Translations under genes and position numbers: made by a program
Source of the DNA: Ostreococcus lucimarinus
Taxonomy: Eukaryota
NCBI GenBank assembly: GCA_000092065.1
Contig: CP000581.1
Reading direction: 5' to 3' (one strand)
Length of the DNA: 64,000 nt
Shown: positions 8,697 through 18,117 of the stretch, piece by piece
Layout of the letters: each line of letters starts with the position of its first letter
How positions within the stretch are numbered: position 1 is the first letter of the stretch
The notes under the pieces: model-generated
Database searches by the model: none
The model's input: the letters and a program-made list of their open reading frames with translations, nothing else
What the model was told of the DNA's origin: nothing

Positions 8697-11231
8697 TTAC
8701 TTTCGAGAACCGCGCGTTCTACTACTTTCTTCCAACCTTGAATTCTTTAACTTTTCCAACATGATACACGCGCGTTCTCCTATCCAACCGCATATAGTTT
8801 TGAGCTTCCAGTCTTCGCCCTCGGGACCGAGCGTGATTAAAAGAAGCGATATGAAGACGAGCGCCCACACGAGAGAGCTCGCGATTGTCGTGGTGATCAA
8901 AAACGCGAATTTCGCGAAAAATTGTAGGGTACATAGCCAAAGGATCGAACCACTTATAACAGTCGTCACCGCTGAGGCGACGATCGACACGCCCATCGTT
9001 GCGAGCGCGTATTGCGTTCGATCGCCTCTCGACTTCATCGCCGCCGGCGCCTCGACGTAAGCGTTTCCTAAATGCACGCCGTAATCCACGCTGAGGCCGA
9101 TGAGAATGACCGCCGCAATAGTTTCGCGAATCCCTAAACTCCAGTGCATGACTCGATAAACGCCGATCCCAAGCACGCTTACCACGACGCCGGCGACGCT
9201 CACTGAACAAATGGACGCGACCAACACGTTCCCCGTGCTGATGCATAAGACGACAAACGCCATACAAAAGCAGATGCTAATTCCTTGAAATGTATTATCC
9301 ACCAACGTCTCTTGCATTCGCATCCATGTCCAAGCGACGTATGCAGTTTGTGACCCGCTCTTTACGCCGTCTGGGGCGACTTCATTCAGATTTCGGATCA
9401 AACCTTCGAATTCGTCGTGCACCCCTCGAGAGACGCTCGCTGGCGCTTGATGCATGAGGGTCGATTTCGTGGATACTTTCACAAAAAATAATTCGGGTTC
9501 ACCAGAGTTTTTGTTTGGTCGAAATCCAATTTGATGCGCGTATCGTGATCCCACCGACGACGAGCGAAACTCCCAAAGCTCGTCGAGGAAGCTGTCTCGA
9601 GGAACTGGAAAGTTTTCTTCGCCCACGTAATCGCGAAACGCCTCCATGAAACAATCCACGTCGCGCGTGAGTCGACCATCTCTACATCCTCTCGAAGAGC
9701 AGCTCGCGTGACGAAGCGTGAGACAGCTATTCAAAATGTGTACCTGCGATACCTCTGCGGAAACGTCGAAAGATTCGTCCAATTGCAATCTGCCCCTCGA
9801 CGCCAAATCCCATTGCGAAACGCTCGACATGTCCACGCCGAGCAAGCCCCAGAACACGTCCACAGCCACAACCAAGTCGTCGTCTGAACGCAAAAAGGCA
9901 GTCTGGTCGCGATCACTAAACTGCTGTACGAGGTGTTTCGATGAGTACCAGCGCTCGATTTTGGAGGGTGTCTCAAGACGCACGCAAAATCGTGCCGCGA
10001 CGATGAACATAGCCGTGAACGCACCGATCGTAACGAATCGTACGAATGGCCGCCTGAGCGTTTGATAGAACGGCCCGTGGAAGAATCGTTCAACACGACC
10101 GAGTTCTTTTGATTCGACGATCTCACTTTCGTTGATTTCTTTGCTCGCCGGCAAGAATTGGCGCCACGTCATGTTCTCGAAGTATCGTGCAAAAAGCACG
10201 AGAGCGGCTGGGAACAAGAGCACGTTTACGACGAACAATACAGCGATCATCGTCGCCGAAACTATCCCAAAAGCCGCCAGTGGCGTTATCGGTGACCACG
10301 CTGTGGCTAAAAACGCTCCTGTGGTTGTGAAAGACGTCACGAAGATGGCTTTCGACGCCCTGTCGGTGGAGTACATCAGGCGGTCGAAGAGAGCATCGCC
10401 GACTTCCGCTTCCGTCGCGCTCTGACGAAACGCATCAAAGTACACGAAAACATCATCGGCACCAATGCCGAGACAAATGAATATACTGAGCGCTTGAATG
10501 TTTCCGACGTATGGGATGCGAAAAATGAAACGGTAGATGAGCAACGCGATCGGGAAGGACACGAGAATCTCAAACATGCCGCACGTTGCGATGAACAGAG
10601 ATCTCGTGTTGAACGCCATGTACAGCCACACCGCGGCGATCGAGGCAATGGCCCACGCCAAGTCGCTCGCAATCACTCGGGCTGAGTCGCGCTCACGCAA
10701 GAATTCAGCATCCCAACGGGTGATCAAAGTAGCCCCCTTCGCGCGTTCGCGCGTTGACGTCATGTAAGGAGAGCTGACGAAGCTCCCTCGCATGCCGTAT
10801 CGACGAAACAGCGCGGTCTCGATGGGGTCAAGAAACGAAGCGAGCATCGCCTCTTGTTCATCCGGTCTGTCACTCGAACTCACGAATCCACGAAACGGTG
10901 TCCCAACGGGATACTTGGCGCGCGTGATTCCGACAGTCGCCGCGGTCGAGTCGAAATCGCCTAGAAAATATCCAAACGCGCTTAAATTGGTCGCGAATAC
11001 GTCCCGCACAACGGCGTCGACGTCGTCGACCATCGTTCCATCTTGATCGAAGAAATACGTCAGCGGCGAGAGATACGGCACACATCCGCGCGCGATGCCG
11101 AGCTCATCGTACTCGATTTGACAAAAATCTTCGTACCTGGCGAGCGCGATGGCTTCCACGTCTCGCATCGCCAGCAAGTTTTCTCTCGTAAACACACTCT
11201 TTCCGCGCACCGAGCTTTCCCACTGAAACAT
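8697..11231 (-). CDS. RND-superfamily sterol-sensing-domain membrane protein, Patched/Dispatched/NPC1-like; the N-terminal exon is probably missing from this model
   Basis: The 844-aa ORF has 11 or more predicted transmembrane segments. GIGADDVFVYFDAF resembles the Patched SSD motif GIGVDDxF. A second transmembrane bundle (GISICFCMAFVVL..LIGLSVDYGVHL..) is separated from the first by a large loop. The model starts in the first extracellular loop without TM1 (see findings). Confidence 0.75.
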   Translation of the reverse strand: MFQWESSVRGKSVFTRENLLAMRDVEAIALARYEDFCQIEYDELGIARGCVPYLSPLTYFFDQDGTMVDDVDAVVRDVFATNLSAFGYFLGDFDSTAATVGITRAKYPVGTPFRGFVSSSDRPDEQEAMLASFLDPIETALFRRYGMRGSFVSSPYMTSTRERAKGATLITRWDAEFLRERDSARVIASDLAWAIASIAAVWLYMAFNTRSLFIATCGMFEILVSFPIALLIYRFIFRIPYVGNIQALSIFICLGIGADDVFVYFDAFRQSATEAEVGDALFDRLMYSTDRASKAIFVTSFTTTGAFLATAWSPITPLAAFGIVSATMIAVLFVVNVLLFPAALVLFARYFENMTWRQFLPASKEINESEIVESKELGRVERFFHGPFYQTLRRPFVRFVTIGAFTAMFIVAARFCVRLETPSKIERWYSSKHLVQQFSDRDQTAFLRSDDDLVVAVDVFWGLLGVDMSSVSQWDLASRGRLQLDESFDVSAEVSQVHILNSCLTLRHASCSSRGCRDGRLTRDVDCFMEAFRDYVGEENFPVPRDSFLDELWEFRSSSVGSRYAHQIGFRPNKNSGEPELFFVKVSTKSTLMHQAPASVSRGVHDEFEGLIRNLNEVAPDGVKSGSQTAYVAWTWMRMQETLVDNTFQGISICFCMAFVVLCISTGNVLVASICSVSVAGVVVSVLGIGVYRVMHWSLGIRETIAAVILIGLSVDYGVHLGNAYVEAPAAMKSRGDRTQYALATMGVSIVASAVTTVISGSILWLCTLQFFAKFAFLITTTIASSLVWALVFISLLLITLGPEGEDWKLKTICGWIGERACIMLEKLKNSRLEESSRTRGSRK

Positions 11232-11864
11232 AAACGTCCCGCGTGCATTTTCTTCCGACCTCTCGCGCGTCTGGTGCGCCGTCGCCGCGCTTCCATTCGA
11301 CGCGTACCTGCGTTCGCGCCGCCGACGCGCGTTTCGTCAGTCTCGCCTCGCCTCGACGACGCCGACCGCCGCGCCTCGACCCCCCTCATCTCCCTCGTTC
11401 GACCCCCTCCCGCTCCGTCCTCGATCACGCGATCTCGTCTCGTCGCGCGCACCCGTCCAGCGTCTTCATCGCCATCCGCGCCGCGTCCGCGACGCTCGTG
11501 ATCCCATCCCTCGCGATGACCCACTCGCGCTCGCTCGGCGCTTGAAACTCCATCGCGCCGCCCAGGTACGACGCGAGCGCGCACGCCGTCGTCGCGATCG
11601 CGACGCACGACGCGCACGCGATCGGGCGTTCGTGCGCCGTCCTCGCGCATCGTCGCAGCATCGCCGTCGCGCGCGCCGCTGTATCGAGCACCCAATCGCT
11701 CAATCCACGCGAATCGTCGCCCCGAGAACGCGAACCGTCACCGCCTCGATCGCCGCGATCGACCTCGCCGCGTCGCCGACGACGACGAGATTCAAACCAT
11801 CGCGCGGACCGCGGCGCGACGACGACGACGCGGACGACGACGCGCGATCGCGACGATCGACGCG

Positions 11865-13754
11865 ATGGCGACGATGGCGACCCGCGACGCGCGCGCGACG
11901 GCGCGACCGACGCGCGACGCGATGCTCTGGACGATCGAAGAGCTCGCGAGCGCGGGCGTCGACGCGACGACGCTGCGAAACCTGCTGCCGGTGGGACTCG
12001 CGGGCGAGGGCGCGCGGGCGGCGCGCGCGCGGAAGCGCGTGCGACATTTTTTTCTGCTGAGCGCGTCGATCGCGGCGATCGAAGGGGCGGAGGGAGAGGA
12101 GACGGAGAAGAGTCTGGAGGCGCATCGAGACGCGATGGCGCGCGCGAGAGACGCGTGCTTTCAGGAGGACGACGGCGACGAGGAGGATTTGATCGGCGAG
12201 GATACGGAGGCGTTTCGGGCGTACGTGAAGGCGGCGGAACGAGCGATCGAGGTGCTGGGGATGCGGGAGGCGTGCGAAGGGCTCGATGAGCGCCGTTCGG
12301 CGCGCGACGAGACGCCGCGAGACGCGGTGCGACGGGTGGTCGAGGAGTGGAAGGACGCTTTGCTCGGCGTCCACGGTCGGGACGTGGACGAGCACTTGGA
12401 TCGCATCGAGGACGCGTGGACGCGCAAGGCTGCGGATCGTTATCACAGATTGTGCGAGGTTGAGGAGTGGGACGAGCCGTCGCGCGCGTTGGTGAAAAAG
12501 GCGCTCGAGCTCTTGCGCGCCGAGCTTTGCGGGAAAGCGACGACGTTGACGACGGTGCAGGAGCACTTGGCGAACTCGTATTACGTGCCTTCGCGCGCAA
12601 AGCCAGGGTTCACGCTGGGTAAGCGTGATGATGGCGTGCGCGAGTGGGTTGACGTCGGCGCGCGTGGCGTGAAGCGCCGAGCCGAGACGAACGCGGACGC
12701 TTTCGTCTCGTCGCCATCGACCAAGCGAGTTCATTCAGAAGAAACATCTCCGGCCAAACCTCGTTCGTCTCCGGGACGATTAGGCGCCTTGCTGTCGAAG
12801 ACTATTTCGTGGGTGCGCAAATCGGTGGACGCGCCAGCGTTCATCAAATCACCCTTCGGCAAATCACCGCTCGGCAAGTCATCGCGGATCACGGCGTCGC
12901 AAACCATCGACGACGTAGAAGAAAGACGTACAGACGAAGTAGAAACTCTTGAAGACGACACGCCCCCCAGCGAGCACGAATCAGAAGAAGAAATAATGCC
13001 GACGCAAGTGCCTACGGGCTCGTATACTGACGAAGATGACGAAGACGAAGACGAAGATGAAGACAAAGACAAAGACCCGGAGCCATCTCCGACGCAAGTG
13101 CATACGGGCTCGTATACTGACGAAGATGACGAAGACGACGACGAAGATGAAGATGAAGACCCGGAGCCATCTCCGGCGCCGACGGAGCCGTCTCCGGCGC
13201 CGACGCAGACAATACAACCGGCTCCGCTCAAACGGCAAGGAAAAGTGTATCCGAAGGCACAACGACTGGTGTCGGTGAGAGCAGCACACGCGCGCTCACC
13301 TTTAACCGGCTCCGACGACGAGTACGACGAAATCGAAATCGAGGCGACGCCTGGCAATTACCTCGTGCCCCGCGTCAATCGACTCCAGCCAGTGAAGACC
13401 AGTGTCAAGCAATCCCCAACTCGTAAGAGAAAATACGAGAGACAAACAACAAGACGCGCGCCTGGACGCCCGAAGAACTGGACGCCCGAGGAAGAGACCG
13501 CCCTGATCGAGGGCGTGGAAAAGTTTGGCAGTGGCAAGTGGAAAACGATTTTAGCAGACGACGCGCGCGGTAAGAACGTTTTCGCCGCCAACGCCCGGAC
13601 AAACGTCGATTTGGCGAAAAAATGGTACCATCTACGCCCATCTCATTTGAGCAACATGTGGCGACAGCACGAGCAAGATCAAGAAATAGTGGCACGCCAA
13701 GAGAAACCTAAGTTGGATTACATTATCGACGCAATCCTAGAGGGCAGTCATTGA
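11865..13754 (+). CDS. Myb/SANT (telobox-type, TRF-like) DNA-binding protein with acidic repeat region
   Basis: The C-terminal single Myb repeat WTPEEETALIEGVEKFGSGKWKTILADDARGKNVFAANARTNVDLAKKWYHL matches the telobox pattern (W..EE...L..GV...G.G.W..I........R..VDLKDKW). The central region carries two near-identical tandem copies encoding PTQV(P/H)TGSYTDEDDEDEDEDED..PEPSP. A TGTAA lies at 13767-13771, 13 nt past the stop. Confidence 0.7.
   Translation: MATMATRDARATARPTRDAMLWTIEELASAGVDATTLRNLLPVGLAGEGARAARARKRVRHFFLLSASIAAIEGAEGEETEKSLEAHRDAMARARDACFQEDDGDEEDLIGEDTEAFRAYVKAAERAIEVLGMREACEGLDERRSARDETPRDAVRRVVEEWKDALLGVHGRDVDEHLDRIEDAWTRKAADRYHRLCEVEEWDEPSRALVKKALELLRAELCGKATTLTTVQEHLANSYYVPSRAKPGFTLGKRDDGVREWVDVGARGVKRRAETNADAFVSSPSTKRVHSEETSPAKPRSSPGRLGALLSKTISWVRKSVDAPAFIKSPFGKSPLGKSSRITASQTIDDVEERRTDEVETLEDDTPPSEHESEEEIMPTQVPTGSYTDEDDEDEDEDEDKDKDPEPSPTQVHTGSYTDEDDEDDDEDEDEDPEPSPAPTEPSPAPTQTIQPAPLKRQGKVYPKAQRLVSVRAAHARSPLTGSDDEYDEIEIEATPGNYLVPRVNRLQPVKTSVKQSPTRKRKYERQTTRRAPGRPKNWTPEEETALIEGVEKFGSGKWKTILADDARGKNVFAANARTNVDLAKKWYHLRPSHLSNMWRQHEQDQEIVARQEKPKLDYIIDAILEGSH
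13008..13180 (+). repeat. In-frame tandem duplication (units of about 91 and 85 bp, roughly 95 percent identical by eye) inside the TRF-like CDS
   Basis: ccgacgcaagtgcctacgggctcgtatactgacgaagatgacgaagacgaagacgaagatgaagac... is followed directly by cgacgcaagtgcatacgggctcgtatactgacgaagatgacgaagacgacgacgaagatgaagatgaagac..., and then by a short PEPSPAPT-encoding direct repeat at 13163-13210. Confidence 0.8.
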
Positions 13755-13877
13755 CTTCGATGGCACTGTAAGAAAAAGAAACGCGAACTCCAACACTATA
13801 ACTCGTCTTCACTCGTCCGCTCGCAACAACCGCGCACGCAGTCCCATCTCTCGCGCCCAAACGCTCGAAGACTCTCC

Positions 13878-15029
13878 ATGGAGACGTTTACGCAGGGCGC
13901 GCGCAAGGCGCGCGCCACAGACGCGCTCATGCGCGATGAAAACGAAGTCGCCCAGCGCATTCGCAAGGATCGATTCAAAACCGTCGTCGTCTTGCTCACG
14001 CTCGGCGTCTTCGCCGCCGCGTTCCTGATGCTGAGCACGACCAACGTCGTCGCGTCACTCGGCGTGCGCGGCGGCGCGGTGAACGCCCTCGGACGCACGC
14101 TTCGAACGGGACGACAGGGCGGTCGCGCGCGATCCGGGGTGTTGGCGGGCCTGGGGTCGTCGCTCGAGCGCGGTCGGTCGGTCATGGCGCGGTTCGGAGC
14201 GCCCGAATTGAATACGCCGATATTTTTCGTTTCTGTCGGCACGACGGATGACGAAACGCAGATGAAGGATAGCTTGGAACGCATGCGCGTGAGATCGGGG
14301 TTGGAGCCGGAGACGCTGAAGCGGTTGGTGACGGTTTCTAAAGGCGTCGACGCCACGGCGTGGCCGGATAACACGCACTTGGTGGAGTATGCGGTGAAAG
14401 ATATTCGTACGTTAGCCGCCCAGCACGGCAACGTCCTCGCCGAGCTGCCGTGGGTGCAAATCATCGAGTTGAGTAAACAAACGCAGGATGGCAGGTTGCC
14501 CGTGGAGTGGCGACGGTTGGCGCATCACGTCGGTTGCATGTACGCCCACTTGTTCCAATGGCAGCTTGTCAAGGAGCAAAAGTTGAAGAAGGCGCTGATT
14601 TTTGAGTCCGACGGCGTGCAACAAACCGATCTACCCTTCGCTGAGGCGCAGAAAGCGATCGATCGCTTACCCGAAGACGCGGATTTATTGTTGTTCTCGT
14701 TTGGTAACACCCCCGGCGGCGACTTGGTGGACCAGTGGAAAGGCCACGGCGACGACGGCACTCCCGTTGACGTGCACTTATACAAGTGGAACAAATGGAA
14801 CGCCGTCGCGGGGTTACAATCTTACGTCATCACCGACAATTTCGTGCGCAAAGTACAGGAATACATCAGCCACAAGGGCGCCGACATGATCGACGCGTGG
14901 CTGTTGGGCAAGATGTGCGTCGTCGGTAAGGACAAGGATTGGAACATGCGCGGGTTAGGTGAGACGCAATTCATGCCCCCGGGGTCGAAACCCATCTTAA
15001 ACTGCTACCACGCCACGACGTGGAGTTGA
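13878..15029 (+). CDS. Type II membrane protein (N-terminal signal anchor) with a large lumenal domain, possibly a glycosyltransferase; the family is unresolved
   Basis: 383-aa ORF with a single hydrophobic segment, FKTVVVLLTLGVFAAAFLMLSTT, near the N-terminus. The downstream domain has normal composition (LIFESDG, DLLLFSFGN). It is supported only as an ORF with coding-like composition. Confidence 0.5.
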   Translation: METFTQGARKARATDALMRDENEVAQRIRKDRFKTVVVLLTLGVFAAAFLMLSTTNVVASLGVRGGAVNALGRTLRTGRQGGRARSGVLAGLGSSLERGRSVMARFGAPELNTPIFFVSVGTTDDETQMKDSLERMRVRSGLEPETLKRLVTVSKGVDATAWPDNTHLVEYAVKDIRTLAAQHGNVLAELPWVQIIELSKQTQDGRLPVEWRRLAHHVGCMYAHLFQWQLVKEQKLKKALIFESDGVQQTDLPFAEAQKAIDRLPEDADLLLFSFGNTPGGDLVDQWKGHGDDGTPVDVHLYKWNKWNAVAGLQSYVITDNFVRKVQEYISHKGADMIDAWLLGKMCVVGKDKDWNMRGLGETQFMPPGSKPILNCYHATTWS

Positions 15030-15153
15030 GCGTCGTCAGCGCCGCGATCATAGCGACGCGCGTTTGTCTCGCGTCTGTAGTCCCAATACTAGAATCCAAA
15101 CGAAATTGCATCGCTCCACACGCCGACGCGCGCCCTGCGCGCGCCCTCGCGCG

Positions 15154-16611
15154 ATGCCGCCGGACGCAACGCGACTCGTATCGTCTCCCACGCCGCACGG
15201 CTGCCTCAACGTCGTCGTCCACGGCGCGCGAAACGTCAAAAGTTCGAGCGCGTTGCGCATCCTGCGACTGCTCTGCGTCGTCGAATGCGCGGGCGCGCGC
15301 TTCAAAACCCGCTCTAAACGCACGCGCGGCGCACCGGACTGGCACGCCGCGGGACGTTTGACGTTTTCGTCCGCGCGCGACGCGCTCGAGGACGACGTCG
15401 TGCGGGTGAGCGTGTGGGACAAGCGGCACGGGGGACACAAGTGCATGGGGAGCGCCGAGACGCCGCTGCGAGACGTGGCGCTCGATTCCGGACGCGAACA
15501 GTGCGTGATGCTGACTGGGGGGAAATTTGATGGAGCGTACGTAACGCTGACGATGTGGAGGAGCGCGGGTGAGGCGAACAAAGGCGGAGAGGCGGCGGTG
15601 GAGGAGCCGGGAGACGCGCGCGCGAGCGACGAGGAGACGACGGCGATCGAAACGACGGCGACGAAGGATGCGGATGAGGCGAGCGAGGATGCCGCGCGAG
15701 AGGTCGTGGAGACGTTTGAGAGTTTTACTGCGGATGAGAATGACGATGAGGAACAGGTTGTGGTGGAGTCAGAGTCGACGCGGGCGGAGGAAGTCGCGGA
15801 GGACGAGGACGAGGACGAGTGGAGCGCGGCGTTGCGGCCTTCGAAACGCGCGACGGAGGAGGAAGCCACGGAGATGGAACCGACGACGGCGGATGAAAGT
15901 GATGCGCACGTGCACGATGAGGCGATGCGTGCTAATGCGGTCGCGCGCGCGTCGGAGATCGCTGATATATGGGCTGAGGATTCGATGGATGACATCGTCG
16001 TGGTGTCGCCGCCGCCTCAGCCGCGCGACCGGCCGCTGGACGAGCGGAGTGACGCGAGGGCAAATCGCGACGGAGCCGCGGACGAGCGAGCTAAGGCAAT
16101 AAATGAACTTCACACCGTGCGTCACGTGGTTTCGCCCGCAAAGCCGGTGTCAGCTCTGAAAGACGCGGATGTCGAGGTGTGCAGACTCGAGTCGGCGTCT
16201 CCCGAGCGGCCAATGAAATCAGCCATAAAGACGCCTCCGATGGTTTCCCCGCGTCAGCCGAAACAAATAGAAAACGAAGACGATTTAGTAGCTGCGCTGC
16301 TATCGCCAGGTCGAATGAACGGTGCGCGTGTGACGTTTGATGAACGTTTGATGCGAACGCAACTGCCCACGCGAACCGCAGCATCGCCAAAGACACCAAC
16401 GGCGCCGAAGACCGTGGCGCACAAAGTACCGATCGCGAACGGCGCGCCGAGGACACCATCGAGCGCACATCGTGGTGTGTTTGCAAAGAAGCTATTCGCT
16501 GAACAAGTCAAGCCGTTTTCGATGCCGACGAAGGCAGAGATCGACGAGGCACGACAACTCGCGATGATGTACGAACGCGCGGAAGCAGTGTTCGCCAGTT
16601 GGACGTTTTAG
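15154..16611 (+). CDS. C2-domain-like protein with a long acidic C-terminal region
   Basis: The ORF runs from 15064, but the first normal-composition ATG is at 15154 (MPPDATRLV). The N-terminal ~120 aa fit a C2 beta-sandwich pattern: LNVVVHGARNV..RILRLLCVVECAGARFKTRSKRTRGAPDWHAAGRLTF..DDVVRVSVWDKRHGGHKCMGSAETPL. The downstream region is Glu/Asp-rich. Confidence 0.5.
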   Translation: MPPDATRLVSSPTPHGCLNVVVHGARNVKSSSALRILRLLCVVECAGARFKTRSKRTRGAPDWHAAGRLTFSSARDALEDDVVRVSVWDKRHGGHKCMGSAETPLRDVALDSGREQCVMLTGGKFDGAYVTLTMWRSAGEANKGGEAAVEEPGDARASDEETTAIETTATKDADEASEDAAREVVETFESFTADENDDEEQVVVESESTRAEEVAEDEDEDEWSAALRPSKRATEEEATEMEPTTADESDAHVHDEAMRANAVARASEIADIWAEDSMDDIVVVSPPPQPRDRPLDERSDARANRDGAADERAKAINELHTVRHVVSPAKPVSALKDADVEVCRLESASPERPMKSAIKTPPMVSPRQPKQIENEDDLVAALLSPGRMNGARVTFDERLMRTQLPTRTAASPKTPTAPKTVAHKVPIANGAPRTPSSAHRGVFAKKLFAEQVKPFSMPTKAEIDEARQLAMMYERAEAVFASWTF

Positions 16612-16658
16612 TAGCAGTGAAATTAATAGGGTATCTAGGTTCTAAGACAACATATCCA

Positions 16659-17462
16659 TTAGGTTCCGTGCGTTTTTTGGATTTGAACGACGTCCTCGTC
16701 CTCGAGCACGTGCTCCTTACCCACGCGTTGCGGACGATGCTTCACGCTCGTCCCCCACACCAAGGCGTGCTTGAACGTGCGAATAATCGTCTTGTGCAAC
16801 TTGTTACAGAAATCTTCAACCGTGCAATTCTTCTTGTGCAGAATGATTGGTTCGTCGAAGTTCGGCTGCGTACCTCGCGGCATCGTGTACACGCGAATCA
16901 AATCGAGATACTCCCAAACCTTCTCCAACAAACCGTCCAAGTTCCACTCTTTTTCAGAAGACGTCATGACGTAGTGCTTCATGTCATCCATGAGCTGCAA
17001 TTCTTCCAACGAAACGGAGTCCATCTTATTCACCGCGTACACCGCAGGGGTGTAGATGCGGTTACCCTCGATGACATCAATCAATTCCTCATCCGTGCAA
17101 TCCGCGAAGAGCTTGACGTCGGCGTTGTGAATCTTGTACTCGGCGCAAATGCTCTTCACCGTCTCTTCGTCCAAGAAGGTTGTCTTCCCGTTGGGGTTAG
17201 GCGTGAACGCGATCCCACCTTTTTCTTTCCTGTTAAAAGTGATCGCCGGCGGTTTCTTGTTCAAGCGTATGCCCACACCCTCCAATTCGTGTTCGATTAA
17301 TTTGCGGTGCGTAAACGGCTTCAACGCGTCGAGCACGATGATTATCACGTCGCACGTTCTCGCCGTGGAAATCACCTGTCGACCGCGACCTTTGTTATCC
17401 TTCGCGCCTTCGATGATACCGGGAAGATCGAGCAACTGAATGCGAGCGCCTCTGTATTTAAT
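16659..17462 (-). CDS. DRG: Developmentally regulated GTP-binding protein (DRG, Obg family), exon 2 of 2, including the stop codon
   Basis: [127 protein letters not shown] is collinear with human DRG1, including the C-terminal TGS domain. Confidence 0.9.
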   Translation of the reverse strand: MKYRGARIQLLDLPGIIEGAKDNKGRGRQVISTARTCDVIIIVLDALKPFTHRKLIEHELEGVGIRLNKKPPAITFNRKEKGGIAFTPNPNGKTTFLDEETVKSICAEYKIHNADVKLFADCTDEELIDVIEGNRIYTPAVYAVNKMDSVSLEELQLMDDMKHYVMTSSEKEWNLDGLLEKVWEYLDLIRVYTMPRGTQPNFDEPIILHKKNCTVEDFCNKLHKTIIRTFKHALVWGTSVKHRPQRVGKEHVLEDEDVVQIQKTHGT

Positions 17463-17531
17463 CTATCGAGTCGAAGCAAAATCGTCGTCAGTCCTTCGTC
17501 GCCGAGCTCGACCGCGAACGTTAAAACTCAC
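17463..17531 (-). other. DRG: Spliceosomal intron (69 nt, GTGAGT...CTGAC...AG) in the DRG gene
   Basis: The exon 1 frame ends ..TLTCVPGV, then gtgagttttaacg...ggactgacgacgattttgcttcgactcgatag, then the exon 2 frame resumes [15 protein letters not shown]. Both exon frames are confirmed against the DRG consensus [20 protein letters not shown]. The 5' end is a canonical GTGAGT donor, there is a CTGAC branch-like motif, and the 3' end is an AG acceptor. Confidence 0.85.
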
Positions 17532-17852
17532 CACTCCCGGCACGCACGTCAGCGTCGTGAACTCATACGCCGCCGCCTCTGAAAAGACCCCCGTCAACTT
17601 CGTCAACAGCGTCGACTTTCCAACGGACGGAAACCCTACCAATCCCACTCGACAGTCCCCAGTCTTCGTGACGTCGAAGCCCTCGCCTTTGGGTCCACCC
17701 TTCGGTCCCGCGAGCTCGACCAGCTCTCGCTGCAGCTTACACAACCGCGCGCGAAGCGAACCGATGTGTGAGCTCGTCGCCTTGTTCACCTGCGTTCGGC
17801 TGATCTCCAGCTCGATCGCGGCGATTTTATCCATGATGGCGCCGTCACTCAT
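17532..17852 (-). CDS. DRG: DRG GTPase exon 1 of 2; start at the ATG at 17852
   Basis: [107 protein letters not shown] matches the DRG N-terminus, G1 motif GFPSVGKST. The ORF-track ORF continues upstream to 18074 through Arg-rich low-complexity sequence that is unlikely to be coding. Confidence 0.85.
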
Positions 17853-18117
17853 GGTTCGATCTTTTATCCGACTCGAATCGCACGCGCGCGCGCGCGCTGC
17901 CGCTCGGTGATTCGCGCGCGTCGATCGACGGTGCGCGTCGTGTTTTCGCGCGTGGAAGCTTTCGCTCGCGCTCGTTCGCGCGCGTCGCGCTCTGCGGCGT
18001 CCGTCCCGAGCGATGTCCCAGCGAAAGCGTCCCGCCGACATTTGGACTTTTGGCGCTTCGCCACTTTTCGCCACATTCCGCGCCGCGCGGGCGCCGCGCG
18101 GGCGCCGCGCGGGCGCG

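Noticed and set aside
12981-13289. Possible CRISPR-like or minisatellite array (repeated units around 13.0-13.2 kb), together with the other tandem repeats at 36467, 39139, 47331 and 52738
   Set aside because: Repeats are directly adjacent with no unique spacers. The repeats at 12981-13289 lie in frame inside a eukaryotic CDS. The context is eukaryotic nuclear DNA with no cas genes. These are coding tandem duplications and microsatellites.
16599-17300. 233-aa plus ORF; the same reasoning applies to 27854-28741, 32698-33798, 43573-44118, 47726-48436 and 62551-63144
   Set aside because: Each lies antisense within a gene with strong homology support: DRG, RPC2, cyclin B, Nup107, AKR2 and SMC5 respectively. 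None has independent motifs.
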